Made by a program: the position numbers and the translations under genes. DNA of 64,000 bases from an uncultured delta proteobacterium (GTDB lineage: Bacteria; Desulfobacterota; RBG-13-43-22): the NCBI GenBank assembly GCA_963716045.1, contig CAVQSS010000006.1, positions 1,743 through 65,742 of the forward strand. Reading direction: 5' to 3'. The first letter of the stretch is position 1. The number at the start of each line of letters is the position of its first letter. Of this stretch, positions 26,270-35,745 are shown piece after piece. Below the pieces are notes generated by a model. The model was not told the origin of the DNA and did not search any database. It saw only the letters and a program-made list of their open reading frames with translations.

Positions 26270-26333
26270 GCCGCCTACGGCCAAATTCGATATTCGGCGT
26301 TTTTTTACTAAAATGTTCAGCTTTGAACTGGCC

Positions 26334-26365
26334 CTTCGCCCCCGAGGGCGAAGCGTCTTATTTTT
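26334..26365 (+). terminator. possible terminator
   Basis: 8-bp stem CTTCGCCC / GGGCGAAG with a CCGA loop, followed by CGTCTTATTTTT. Confidence 0.45.
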
Positions 26366-26463
26366 CCTTGACAAGCTATTCCAAAAATTATAACGTAGCT
26401 ATAATATAACTATTTATTATAAATTTTTTTCGTTTTGAAAAAAAATTTATAGGGGGGATTGAT

Positions 26464-28311
26464 ATGCACGCACTATTGTCGGGAAAAGCGGGAGACCGCA
26501 TGCTGTTGCTGGGCAACGAAGCCATTGTCCGGGGGGCGCTGGAGGCCGGACTGGCCTTCGCCACCGCTTATCCCGGGACACCCTCTTCGGAGGTGCCCTT
26601 GAATTTTTTTCAGATCAGGCAGGAAACAGACCTGTATTTCGAATATTCCACCAATGAAAAGGTGGCGCTGGAAGTGGCCGCCGGGGCCGCCGTCTCCGGA
26701 CTGCGGACCATGGTGACCATGAAACACGTGGGCGTAAATGTGGCCGCCGACCCCTTGATGACCCTGGCCTACACCGGGGTAACCGGCGGGATGGTCATTT
26801 TGACCGCCGACGACCCCTCCTTGTTCTCCAGTCAGAACGAACAGGACAACCGTTTTTACGCCCGGCTTTCCGGCCTGCCCATGCTGGAGCCCACCACCCC
26901 CCAGGAAGCCAAAGACATGACGATCTATGCCTTTGCCCTCTCCGAACAGTTAAACCTGCCGGTCTTGCTGCGGACCACCACCCGGATCAACCACTCCCGG
27001 GGCATTGTCACCCTGGGAGAGATGACACCTCGACGGACGAAAGGAAATTTCGTCAAAGACCCCTTCAGCTACGTCACCGTCCCGGCCGTTTCCCGGAATC
27101 TGCACGTGAAACTTCTCAAAAAATACGATCAGGCCCTGGAAGAGGCCAATCGTTCTTCTTTCAACGCCATTATCGGCCAGGGGAAATTCGGGATCATCAC
27201 CCAGGGGGTCAGCTTCTGTTATGTCCAGGATGCCCTGGAGGAAATGAAGGTCACCGGGGCCTTCTCCGTCTTGAAGGTCGGCTTCTCCTATCCCTTTCCC
27301 GAAAAACTGGTCGAAGAATTCCTAACCCGGGTGGACAAAGTCCTGGTGGTGGAAGAACTGGAAGCCATCATGGAGGAGGCCGTTCGGGCCGCGGCCCAGA
27401 GGATCGGGCGTCAGATCCCCATCGAGGGGAAAGGGCAGGGCCTGCTGACCCGCCTCTACGAATATGAACCGGTCCGGGTCAAGACATCCATAGCCCAATA
27501 TTTTGACCTGCCTTACCAGAAAAAAGAACCGCTGGAAGTCGCGGATGTCCCCGCTCTGCCCGGCCGGCCGCCCAACCTCTGCCCGGGCTGCCCGCATCGT
27601 TCCACTTTTTATGCCGTCAAAAAAGTGGCCGGCGAAGAGGCCATCTACCCCACCGATATCGGCTGCTATACCCTGGGGGTCCTTCCCCCCTTGAGTGTGG
27701 CCGATTTCGTCATCTGCATGGGATCGAGTGTCAGTTCAGCCGCCGGGTTCTCCCGGGCCACGGACAAGCCGGTCATCGCCTTCATCGGCGACTCCACTTT
27801 TTTCCACAGCGGGATAACCGGGTTGATCAATGCCTTCCATAACAACCATCGATTCACCCTGATCATCCTGGACAACGGGACGACGGCCATGACCGGCCAC
27901 CAGCCCCATCCGGGGGTGGACTCTTCCCTGCTGGGCCGACCGAACAACCAGGTTTCCATAGAAGCCCTGGTCAAGGGGATCGGGATTAAGATGGTCACCG
28001 TGGTAAATCCCAAAAAAGTAAAAGAGACCATGGAGGCCGTCACGAAATCTCTGGCTTTCGACGGGGTATCCGTGATCATTTCCCAGGAAATCTGCCCCCT
28101 CTACGCCCGGCGGGTGCTGCCGCCCTCCAAGGCCAAGACCTTCACGGTCAACGAAAGCCGCTGCAAGAACCACCGGGACTGCGTCAATCTTTTTGCCTGT
28201 CCGGCTTTTTATATTGAAGAGGATCGGGTCAAAATCAACGAGAAGCTGTGTATCGGCTGTGCCGTCTGCGCTCAGGTCTGCCCTGAACATGCAATCCTGC
28301 CCCGCAAATAA
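26464..28311 (+). CDS. iorA: indolepyruvate:ferredoxin oxidoreductase alpha subunit
   Basis: 615 aa with TPP-binding GDSTFFHSG and C-terminal ferredoxin motifs CRNHRDCVNLFACP and CIGCAVCAQVCP. Confidence 0.9.
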   Translation: MHALLSGKAGDRMLLLGNEAIVRGALEAGLAFATAYPGTPSSEVPLNFFQIRQETDLYFEYSTNEKVALEVAAGAAVSGLRTMVTMKHVGVNVAADPLMTLAYTGVTGGMVILTADDPSLFSSQNEQDNRFYARLSGLPMLEPTTPQEAKDMTIYAFALSEQLNLPVLLRTTTRINHSRGIVTLGEMTPRRTKGNFVKDPFSYVTVPAVSRNLHVKLLKKYDQALEEANRSSFNAIIGQGKFGIITQGVSFCYVQDALEEMKVTGAFSVLKVGFSYPFPEKLVEEFLTRVDKVLVVEELEAIMEEAVRAAAQRIGRQIPIEGKGQGLLTRLYEYEPVRVKTSIAQYFDLPYQKKEPLEVADVPALPGRPPNLCPGCPHRSTFYAVKKVAGEEAIYPTDIGCYTLGVLPPLSVADFVICMGSSVSSAAGFSRATDKPVIAFIGDSTFFHSGITGLINAFHNNHRFTLIILDNGTTAMTGHQPHPGVDSSLLGRPNNQVSIEALVKGIGIKMVTVVNPKKVKETMEAVTKSLAFDGVSVIISQEICPLYARRVLPPSKAKTFTVNESRCKNHRDCVNLFACPAFYIEEDRVKINEKLCIGCAVCAQVCPEHAILPRK

Positions 28312-28434
28312 ATAGTAGCGCAGTCTGGAATCGGGCCTTCATGGCCGCCGAGACCCGGCGGCCATATCCGATAGGCGGGGGTATCCACCCAAAAGGGCGA
28401 AGCATTAAATTAAAAAGAGCAGAGGTTATCTTTA

Positions 28435-29031
28435 ATGGAAACTAAAAGAATCGTTTTCGTAGGAGTTGGCGGGCAAGGGAACCTCTTATCCTCCCAGGCC
28501 TTAGGGGAAGCCGCCATGCTGGCCGGCATGCCGGTCAATGTGAGTGAAGTGCACGGAATGGCCCAGCGGGGCGGTGTGGTGGAGTCGGCCGTGGTCATGG
28601 GCGGGGCCTTAAGCTCCATCGTCTCCGATGGGGAAGCCGATGTGCTCATGAGTTTTGAGCCCTCGGAAACCCTCCGGGCCCTGGCCAAATGCAGCCCTGA
28701 ATCCACGGTAATCACCAATGTCGTGCCCCTGGTCCCTTTTACCGTGGCCGTCGGGAAGGGGGCTTATCCCGATATCAAGGCCTCCCTGGAGCTGATCCGG
28801 AAAAAAGTAAAACGCCTGATCGCCCTGAACGCCAACGCCTTGGCGGAAGAAGCCGGCTCGGCCATGGCGGTCAACATCGTCATGCTGGGCGCCCTGGCGC
28901 AGAGCGGCATCCTGCCCCTGACCCGGGACCACTTCCTGGCGGCTTTGAAGAAAACCATCAAAAAGAAACTGCTGGAGGTCAACCTGAAGGCCTTTGATCT
29001 GGGCTATGAAGCGGCGGCCAAAATGGCCTAA
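28435..29031 (+). CDS. iorB: indolepyruvate oxidoreductase beta subunit
   Basis: VGVGGQGNLLSSQALGEAA...EVHGMAQRGG, the typical gamma/IorB domain. Confidence 0.85.
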   Translation: METKRIVFVGVGGQGNLLSSQALGEAAMLAGMPVNVSEVHGMAQRGGVVESAVVMGGALSSIVSDGEADVLMSFEPSETLRALAKCSPESTVITNVVPLVPFTVAVGKGAYPDIKASLELIRKKVKRLIALNANALAEEAGSAMAVNIVMLGALAQSGILPLTRDHFLAALKKTIKKKLLEVNLKAFDLGYEAAAKMA

Positions 29032-29703
29032 CTACCCGTTCTGATTGGACGAACCATTATCCTTGGACCTATACGGTTCCAGTTCCTTGAGAAACTCGGG
29101 ATCTACGGCAAATCCGTTGGCCGCGGCCAGGTCAAGGTGCTGAATGGCCTTCCGATGTTCCCCCTTTTCCAGGTAGCCTAAGGCGAGGTTGTTATGGGCG
29201 ACCCCAAAATGCGGCGCCAATTCCAGGGCCTTCAAAGAGGCGGCGATACTGTCCTCCACCCGCCCTTTCATAAAATAAGCGCTGGCCAGGGTAGTCTGGG
29301 CCTGGACAAACTGGGGGTTGATTTCCACCGCCTTTTCCAGGATGTCGATGGCCGCGTCGACGTCCCCTTTTTGCAGGTAGGCGAAGCCCACGTTTCCGTA
29401 AGGAACAGAAAACTTGGGCCGCACTTTGATGGCATCGAGATTAAGACGAATACAGTTCTCCACGTCGCCCTGTTGGAAATAAAGCCCGCCTAAATCCACA
29501 TAGGCCTCAGCCAGGGAAGGGCTGCTTTGAATGGCGGCCAGAAATTCTCCCTTGGCTTCCTCCCACAGCCCTTTGCTGACCAGGGCCACCGCCAGGTTGT
29601 AGTGGGTGGTCCCGCAGTCCATATTCTTGTCCAGGGCGAGCTTAAGTTCCGCGATGTATTCATCCGTATTTTGGGTCCGAGTCAGGATCAGGGGTTCGTT
29701 CAT
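29032..29703 (-). CDS. tetratricopeptide repeat protein
   Basis: Six or so 34-aa TPR units (AxxxLGxxYxxxGxxxxAIxxxxxAxxxxP). Confidence 0.75.
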   Translation of the reverse strand: MNEPLILTRTQNTDEYIAELKLALDKNMDCGTTHYNLAVALVSKGLWEEAKGEFLAAIQSSPSLAEAYVDLGGLYFQQGDVENCIRLNLDAIKVRPKFSVPYGNVGFAYLQKGDVDAAIDILEKAVEINPQFVQAQTTLASAYFMKGRVEDSIAASLKALELAPHFGVAHNNLALGYLEKGEHRKAIQHLDLAAANGFAVDPEFLKELEPYRSKDNGSSNQNG

Positions 29704-29803
29704 TATTCTTTCCTTTCTAAGGCCTTCCGGAACCGATTGACAAGTCCGGGGCCGGTTCTTATCCTATTTTAAACAATTAAACAAGCGAAAAAAAAGGGAA
29801 ACC

Positions 29804-30163
29804 ATGTACCAGCAATTCAGGCGACGGGAATCCGAGATCCCCCGCTGCCCTTTCTGCCAACAAGCCTTTGGTCGTCCCCCCGCCAAATTACCCAGGAGCC
29901 AGGGCGATTTTTTTAAATGGACCTGCTCCTGCGAGGCCATCGGGGTGTACGATTCCACCGGGAACAATCTGGGCGAGGCCCTGATGGAGGGCCTGGTTTT
30001 AGCCAGCCGGGACGACTGGGACAAAGCCCTTTCCCTGGAAGCGGACCAGGACTATTCGATCAAGCACCTGGAAGGCTATAACCCCTTCGAACACCGGGTC
30101 CTGGGCGGCAAATGGACCTATAAGTCCGGCAGGGGGGCCTTCATCTTTATCAAACTCCTTTAA
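29804..30163 (+). CDS. hypothetical protein with CPFC...CSC motif
   Basis: 119-aa ORF with coding-like composition. No recognisable family. Confidence 0.5.
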   Translation: MYQQFRRRESEIPRCPFCQQAFGRPPAKLPRSQGDFFKWTCSCEAIGVYDSTGNNLGEALMEGLVLASRDDWDKALSLEADQDYSIKHLEGYNPFEHRVLGGKWTYKSGRGAFIFIKLL

Positions 30164-30164
30164 A

Positions 30165-30257
30165 CTGGAGTAGAGGAGTAATGGAGTAATGGAGTGCTGC
30201 CTTGAAAACAATACTCCAGTACTCCAACACTCCAATACTCCGACACTCCAATACTCC
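30165..30257. repeat. long hairpin with GGAGTAAT / ACTCCAAT tandem-unit arms
   Basis: Four GGAGTrnT units (30165-30199) face five ACTCCrAy units (30209-30257). It sits between convergent genes. Confidence 0.7.
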
Positions 30258-30312
30258 CATTCAACGTCCTTCGATATTAATAATAGAATCTGAGAATTCT
30301 TGGCTAAAAATC

Positions 30313-30645
30313 TTATTTTCTTATTTTTTCGGCATACCAGACGGCAAATTCGTACATTCCCCGATACTTTTCATCGTCATTGACCAATCCCAGGCAAATC
30401 TCCCAGACCCCCTGGCCGAAATGATTGCTATAGGACTCCTGCGGACAAGTGGCCAAGAAAGCCTTGGTCAATTCCGTGGCCGTAGCATTCATTTTACCCT
30501 TGCGTAGATCGATGGGGTCGTTGGGTTCAATAAAAGGGTCCCAGCGCTCATAGCCCTTTTTCAGTACCACCTTTTGTTGCCGGGGGGACATGTGGTCAAA
30601 GATGGCTTTTTTCTTTTCTTCCCTTTCAGGAATTGACGACGGCAT
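30313..30645 (-). CDS. hypothetical protein (110 aa), last gene of the YcaO operon
   Basis: ORF overlapping the YkgJ gene end by 20 nt, which suggests translational coupling. No recognisable family. Confidence 0.55.
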   Translation of the reverse strand: MPSSIPEREEKKKAIFDHMSPRQQKVVLKKGYERWDPFIEPNDPIDLRKGKMNATATELTKAFLATCPQESYSNHFGQGVWEICLGLVNDDEKYRGMYEFAVWYAEKIRK

Positions 30646-31315
30646 CCTGCAGACTCCTTTTGGCTAATAGACGAAAAAAATCTTCGTGATATTCGGTCAG
30701 TAAGGCCTCGGAAACCGGGACCACCAGCCCGTTCAATTTCTGGTCCGGGTCCGCGATCCCGGCCTCCCCCAACAAATATCGGGAGAGCGAAAAAAGCCGG
30801 TCGTTGATCCGGTCCAGATGGACTGTGGGATAAGTCCGTCCGGATTCAAATCCAGCAAGCTCGCAGATGCGGGGTTCCCCCTGGATGGCCGTGGGGATCC
30901 CGTATACCCGGCAGGTGATCGGCCGGAAGGCATAGAGATCGCAGCCTTCCGAGGCGTTCAGCAGGGGACAACGGACCCGCTGCTCCGCCAGATACCAAAG
31001 CAATTCCTGGTCCGTTTTCCCTTCCCGCAGCCTCATCCGGTGCAGTTTGTGCTTGATCTGATAAAACTGCCGGTCGGCCGTCTCCGCGCGCTCGGTGACG
31101 GAAAGACGATCCTCATCTGATAATTCCCAATGAAAATGAGCATTTAAATAAAAGGCTTCGACCAGGGTCAGGTCGAACACCGCGGAACAGCAGTCCGAAC
31201 AACCCCGACGACAGCGGACCTGATCCGGATGGGTCTCCTGAACCCGGCCGACGGCCCGGTCCACTTCCTGAACCAGGGCTTCATATTTTTCAAAGACGGA
31301 TTTATAGTCGAACAT
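30626..31315 (-). CDS. YkgJ family cysteine-cluster protein (UPF0153)
   Basis: CRRGCSDCCSAVF plus a second Cys group (CPLL...C, CRVYG), typical of the YkgJ Zn/Fe-chelating domain. Confidence 0.7.
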   Translation of the reverse strand: MFDYKSVFEKYEALVQEVDRAVGRVQETHPDQVRCRRGCSDCCSAVFDLTLVEAFYLNAHFHWELSDEDRLSVTERAETADRQFYQIKHKLHRMRLREGKTDQELLWYLAEQRVRCPLLNASEGCDLYAFRPITCRVYGIPTAIQGEPRICELAGFESGRTYPTVHLDRINDRLFSLSRYLLGEAGIADPDQKLNGLVVPVSEALLTEYHEDFFRLLAKRSLQDAVVNS

Positions 31316-31332
31316 GAATAGGGCTTTCTACA

Positions 31333-31370
31333 ATCGGACCGATCGGTCGGATCCGACCGATCGGTCCGAT
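31333..31370. repeat. 38-nt perfect palindrome between the YcaO and YkgJ genes
   Basis: atcggaccgatcggtcgga|tccgaccgatcggtccgat, which is its own reverse complement. It is built from CGGWCCGAT units and has no flanking T-run. Confidence 0.85.
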
Positions 31371-31390
31371 CATTATTGGGTTTTCACCGT

Positions 31391-33129
31391 TCAAGAAGGC
31401 TGCTCCAACCGGGCCGAAAGTCGTTCAATATTCGTTCGGGCAAAATCAATGGTCGGGTCCAGCTCCAGGGCGATCCGGTAGCAGTGGATGGCCTCCTGAA
31501 TATGCCCCAATTCCCTCAAGTTGGAGCCGATATTGGCATAATCGATCCCCGACCCCGGGTCAATTTCGATGGCCCGCTCAAAAGCCTCGATGGCCTGATG
31601 ATGTTCCTTGATCTTAAAATAGCAAAACCCGAGGCATTATAAATCTCCTTTTGGGCATCGTTGAAGGATCTGGCCTTATTCAAGGACTCGATAGCCTCCT
31701 CGAACCGCTCCTGGTCTTTCAGACAGACTCCGATATGACAATGGATGCTGCTGAGATCGATATCCCGGGGCTGTTGGCTGAGGGCTTGCCGTAAATGAAC
31801 CAGGGCCTCCGCCGGATGTTCATTCCGCTCCAGGGCGAATCCCATGAAAAAATTGACCTCGTACCGGTTCGGAAAGGCCTGGTGAATCTTCCGGAGTTCC
31901 CGGACCGCCTCCTCCGGATCTTCCATCATGGAAACCAGTTTGGACAAATGAAATAAAACACCCGTGTGCCGGGTACGATCTCTGAAATGTGCCCCCGGAA
32001 TGATGGTGTATACGGCCGGAATCGCCAGCCTGGGGTGCGTCGTGTTCACCATATAGACTTCCAGCCCTACCCGTCCCAAGGCCTGGACGCAGGCCTCGAT
32101 TTCCAGCCTGATATTGTCCTGGGTTAAGTTCGGCAGTTCTTGGATGGAGACCGTTCCAGGGTTGGTCATCACGTATTGGGCCTCTTCCAGCCGCTGATAC
32201 TTGGGCAGGGTGGGACGGTATTGAGTCCGGTTGACAAAGTCGCCCGCTAATTGAGCGATCTCGGTCACGGCCCGAATCAGGGATTTCTCCGGATTGGGAG
32301 TGGTTCCGGCGGTAAAAACAATCTCGCTTTTTTCCGGGAAGGTGGCCGGGTCATAGGCCAGGGAACCCACGGTGGGGATCCCCGTATCCAGGCTGAAGTC
32401 TTTCAGGAATAATTTGACCCCCAGCCGGTCAAATTTATCGATGAGTTCCCGCGCCGCCGGGTCCGTAACCGACTCCGGATCGATAGAGGGCGTGAGCAGA
32501 AAATCGTGGCTGATCACTGAGGAGACATGGCGTTCCAACACTTCGCACAGTCCCTGGAGAACAGCCTCCTCCTGGGTATTTCCGGCCGAAGGGCCGTTGT
32601 ATTCATGGATCAGGTAAAACCAGTCGATGGGTACTAAAACGTCTTTCTTCAGGGTCAGGTTGTGGGCCCAGACCCAAGCCAGGGGGATAGTCTCCCAGAC
32701 CGCCCGGATTTGTTCCAGATCCGGAGATTGATCGTAAAAACACAAGGCCAGTGATTCTCAGGGAATGGCCTGTTCTTTGATGTGTTGATAGGTCTCGGTG
32801 ATGAAATCTCTCCTCCGGATAAAGGAAAAGAAACTGAACCGCTCGACCAGCTCCATTAAAGCGCTGGCCTCGGATTGTTCCGGGGTCCCCCCTTTCCCCA
32901 TCTGTTTTTGGGTCCCGATAACCTGTACCGCGTCCGACCCGCAACGGCTGATATAAATCGGGATCCCCAGACGCCCCGTATCGATCCGGACCGTTTCTTT
33001 CAGAATATCCAGGTCAATTTCCTTTAACCGGGCGCGCACCCGTTCGATGGTTTCCCGAGGGGGATTCGCCTTCTCCTGATCATAAGTATATGATTTAAAA
33101 CAATCTTTTAATTCTATCCCCGAATGCAT
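31391..33129 (-). CDS. YcaO-domain protein with C-terminal TPR repeats; interrupted by an in-frame TGA (32758-32760) and one frameshift (near 31633-31635)
   Basis: GKGGTPEQSEASALMELVERFS and NGPSAGNTQEEAVLQGLCEVLERH are YcaO signatures. ORFs 32758-33129 and 31516-32745 are in the same frame. The TPR tail continues in another frame as LGFCYFKIKEHHQAIEAFERAIEIDP...LEQPS to TGA 31391-31393. Confidence 0.75.
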
Positions 33130-33214
33130 CGCCTAACTCCTTCAAAAAAACTTGACCTTTTCCGGTAGCGAGGTTATCACCTAACGTAAACCGACAATTC
33201 ATCCTTCAAACGCA

Positions 33215-33656
33215 ATGATCCAAATCCACGAAATCATCCTGAAAAGCGAAAAGGAAAGCGGCAACCTGCTCATTTTAAAGGAGCACGCCCTGGCCGAATC
33301 CTCGTTGATCATGTTCGTGGGAGAACCTGAATTATTGGCCATTGCCAAAGAAAAAGGGCTGATCCAAACCCCGCGTCCCTTAACCCATGAACTTTATCTC
33401 TCCATCCTGGAAAAGGCGGGCGTCGAATTCGTCCGGGTCGAGATCTATGATCATTAAGGACCAGACCTACTTCGCCGATGTGGTCTATCGATTGAACCAG
33501 GAAGAGATCAGCGCCGATTCCCGCCCCAGTGACGCCATCGCCCTGGGCATGCATCAAAACATCCCTATTTTGGTCGAACCGCGTCTTTTAAACAAAACGC
33601 TCTCCCTGAATCAACTGGATACCCTGAAGGAATTTATCAGGACCGCAACCTTTTGA
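33215..33656 (+). CDS. bifunctional nuclease (DUF151) family protein, frameshifted near 33447-33457
   Basis: IMFVGEPELLAIA...RPLTHEL in the first ORF and DSRPSDAIALGMHQNIPILV in the second. Together they form one ~145-aa protein. Confidence 0.7.
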
Positions 33657-33713
33657 GATTGGAATTTACTCCCATGACGCTTCGTCCTTTTGGGTGGGCA
33701 CCCCCCTATCGTG

Positions 33714-33930
33714 TGTGGCCGCGGGGTTTCGGCGAAAGGGTTTTCCAAAAGTACTCCGGACTTCGATCCCGGGCCAAAGTTACTAACTTTATTTAAAGCA
33801 GGCCCATACTCTGAGTCTTTTGATGCCTCCCAGGCTGGCCCTGCCTCCTGGAAGATTTGAAAACAAGGGGGCCGGGTTAGAACCGATAAAGCAATGTGGA
33901 AAACCCTTTCGCCGAAACCCCGCGGCCACA
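33714..33930. mobile_element. MITE-like element: 34-bp perfect terminal inverted repeats flanking ~149 bp
   Basis: tgtggccgcggggtttcggcgaaagggttttcca (33714-33747) is the exact reverse complement of 33897-33930. There is no ORF inside. It is a single copy in this window. Confidence 0.5.
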
Positions 33931-33981
33931 AAGGCCCGATTAGGGCGAATAACCTTTCCTATTATCCAGTATCGGTCCTTC

Positions 33982-34383
33982 TTAACCTGTAACCGCCAAC
34001 GCCCGGACAAATACTTTTCTGTTCCGCGGGCCGTCAAACTCGCAGAAAAATATCGCCTGCCAGGTCCCTAGAACCATCCGCTCCTTCTCCACCAGAACCG
34101 TCACGGAAGAGCCCATCAGACTGGCCTTGATATGGGCCGGCGAATTCCCCTCCCTATGCTGATAGGCCCCCTTAAAAGGGATCACCTGGTTCAGGGAATT
34201 GAGGATGTCTTCCTGGACACTGGGATCGGCCCCCTCGTTGATGGTCACACCGGCCGTGGTATGGGGGACAAAGACGGTAACCAGGCCCTCCTTGAGACCC
34301 GACCGGTCCAGGGCTTTTTGGACCTCCGGGGTGATGTCGATGAACTCGGTCCGCCTGCCGGTGATTACGGAAAACGATGTCAT
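33982..34383 (-). CDS. yjbQ: YjbQ family secondary thiamine-phosphate synthase enzyme (UPF0047)
   Basis: VFVPHTTAGVTINEGADPSV...GNSPAHIKASLMGSS signature. Confidence 0.85.
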   Translation of the reverse strand: MTSFSVITGRRTEFIDITPEVQKALDRSGLKEGLVTVFVPHTTAGVTINEGADPSVQEDILNSLNQVIPFKGAYQHREGNSPAHIKASLMGSSVTVLVEKERMVLGTWQAIFFCEFDGPRNRKVFVRALAVTG

Positions 34384-34392
34384 GGGGCCTTC

Positions 34393-35627
34393 CTACTTTT
34401 TTACCCAATGGGGGAGGATGAGTCCCCCCTCCGTGCGGGTTTCGGCATCTGCAGCAGGTGCGCTCTTTTCTTCCTCAATCTCCTGAAATTCCTTTTCGAT
34501 CAACCAGCACAGGAAAGGGCTTTCCCGACCCTCCCGGTCTGAAGTTTCGACTCCTATCCGGGCCGCCGCCGAAAACAGGGTTCGGGACAGTTCGGGGTCC
34601 GCTTTCAGCCAGTAAAGATAGGCTACCTCTTCCAGGTGACGATGGAGGTTCTCAACCCGAGCGGGAGTGAAAAAATCCGCCGCCGTCTGCTGAATGACGG
34701 CCTGAAAACGCTCATTCCGCTGGCCGGCGTTAAGGACCAGGGGACTGCTGTAAATCTCCTGAAGTTTCTGGGCACAGGAAGATAAGCGGTCAGGAGGCAG
34801 TTGAAAGGCCATCAGCTCCGGAATCGATTTCAGGGATTCCCAATCCCCTCCGGCGCGATTGTCCTGTTCATCCCTGGGAATCAAGTCCCTGATGATCGGC
34901 CGGGTGGCGAAGGGCCCCATGGTTTCCAGATAATTCATCAATACCGAGTAAATCTTTTTATCATCGGTTTCCAAGGCCGGGGATCGGGCATAGGCCTCCC
35001 GCAGCAGAAATACAACCTGATCCGGATCGGCCGGATAAAAAGAGTAGCCGGAGGTTTCCTCGCTTTCCTCCAAAAGAGGCTTTACCTTTTTCTGGAAACC
35101 TCCAGGGCCGTCAGGTCTTCCAGACCCTGATCCCAGTTAGCCAGGGCAAAGACCAAAATTCTTCCTTGGGGGACCCGGGGGACCACCAAAGTCAGCATCC
35201 GACTACCCAGAGGGTCAAAGTCCGATAAGTAGCCATCTACGGGCAGGGATTCGGCTTGCCTCAGAATAGCCGGGCCTGTTTTTTGGTTTTCCGCCTCCTT
35301 TGGGACTTCAAGTCCCTGCTGGCTTAATTGGTACAGTGCGCCCTTAATTCTGCGCCGCAGGGCTGAACTCTTTGTCTGGTCCTTTAACCGGGTTAAGAAT
35401 AAGGCGATCGGCTCATCTTTTTGGGCCGCGGTCCGGGAAAGAAAAGCTTCGGCCAGTGCGGGATCGGCTTCCAAACCGGGCAGAAGTTCTTCAATAAGCC
35501 CAGGTAAAAGATCGGTTTTCTCCCGAACGGTCTCCAATCGTCGAAAGAAATAATCCACTTTTCCCTGGAAGGTCGGATCTTTCCTTTTCCCCTCTTTTGG
35601 CTTCTGCCGTTTGAAACGCCCGGTCAT
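34393..35627 (-). CDS. hypothetical protein (~410 aa), frameshifted at T-run 35087-35091
   Basis: Track ORFs 35082-35627 and 34393-35073 join as ...LTALEVFQKKVKPLLEESEETSGYSFYP after a one-base correction. No recognisable family. It is the first gene downstream of the sigma54 promoter. Confidence 0.55.
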
Positions 35628-35745
35628 TCGGATTCTCCTGATAACATGCTATAATTACATATAATTTTATTTTTTGTCCAGAAAAAAATGATGCCGGGTA
35701 AGCAAAATGGCGTTTTGGTCGGTAAATAGTAGATCGATCAAAAGT

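Noticed and set aside
31376-31642. 88-aa plus-strand ORF downstream of the YcaO gene.
   Set aside because: Its reverse strand encodes perfect TPR repeats (AIEAFERAIEIDP...AIHCYRIALELDP) that continue the YcaO-TPR protein after a frameshift.
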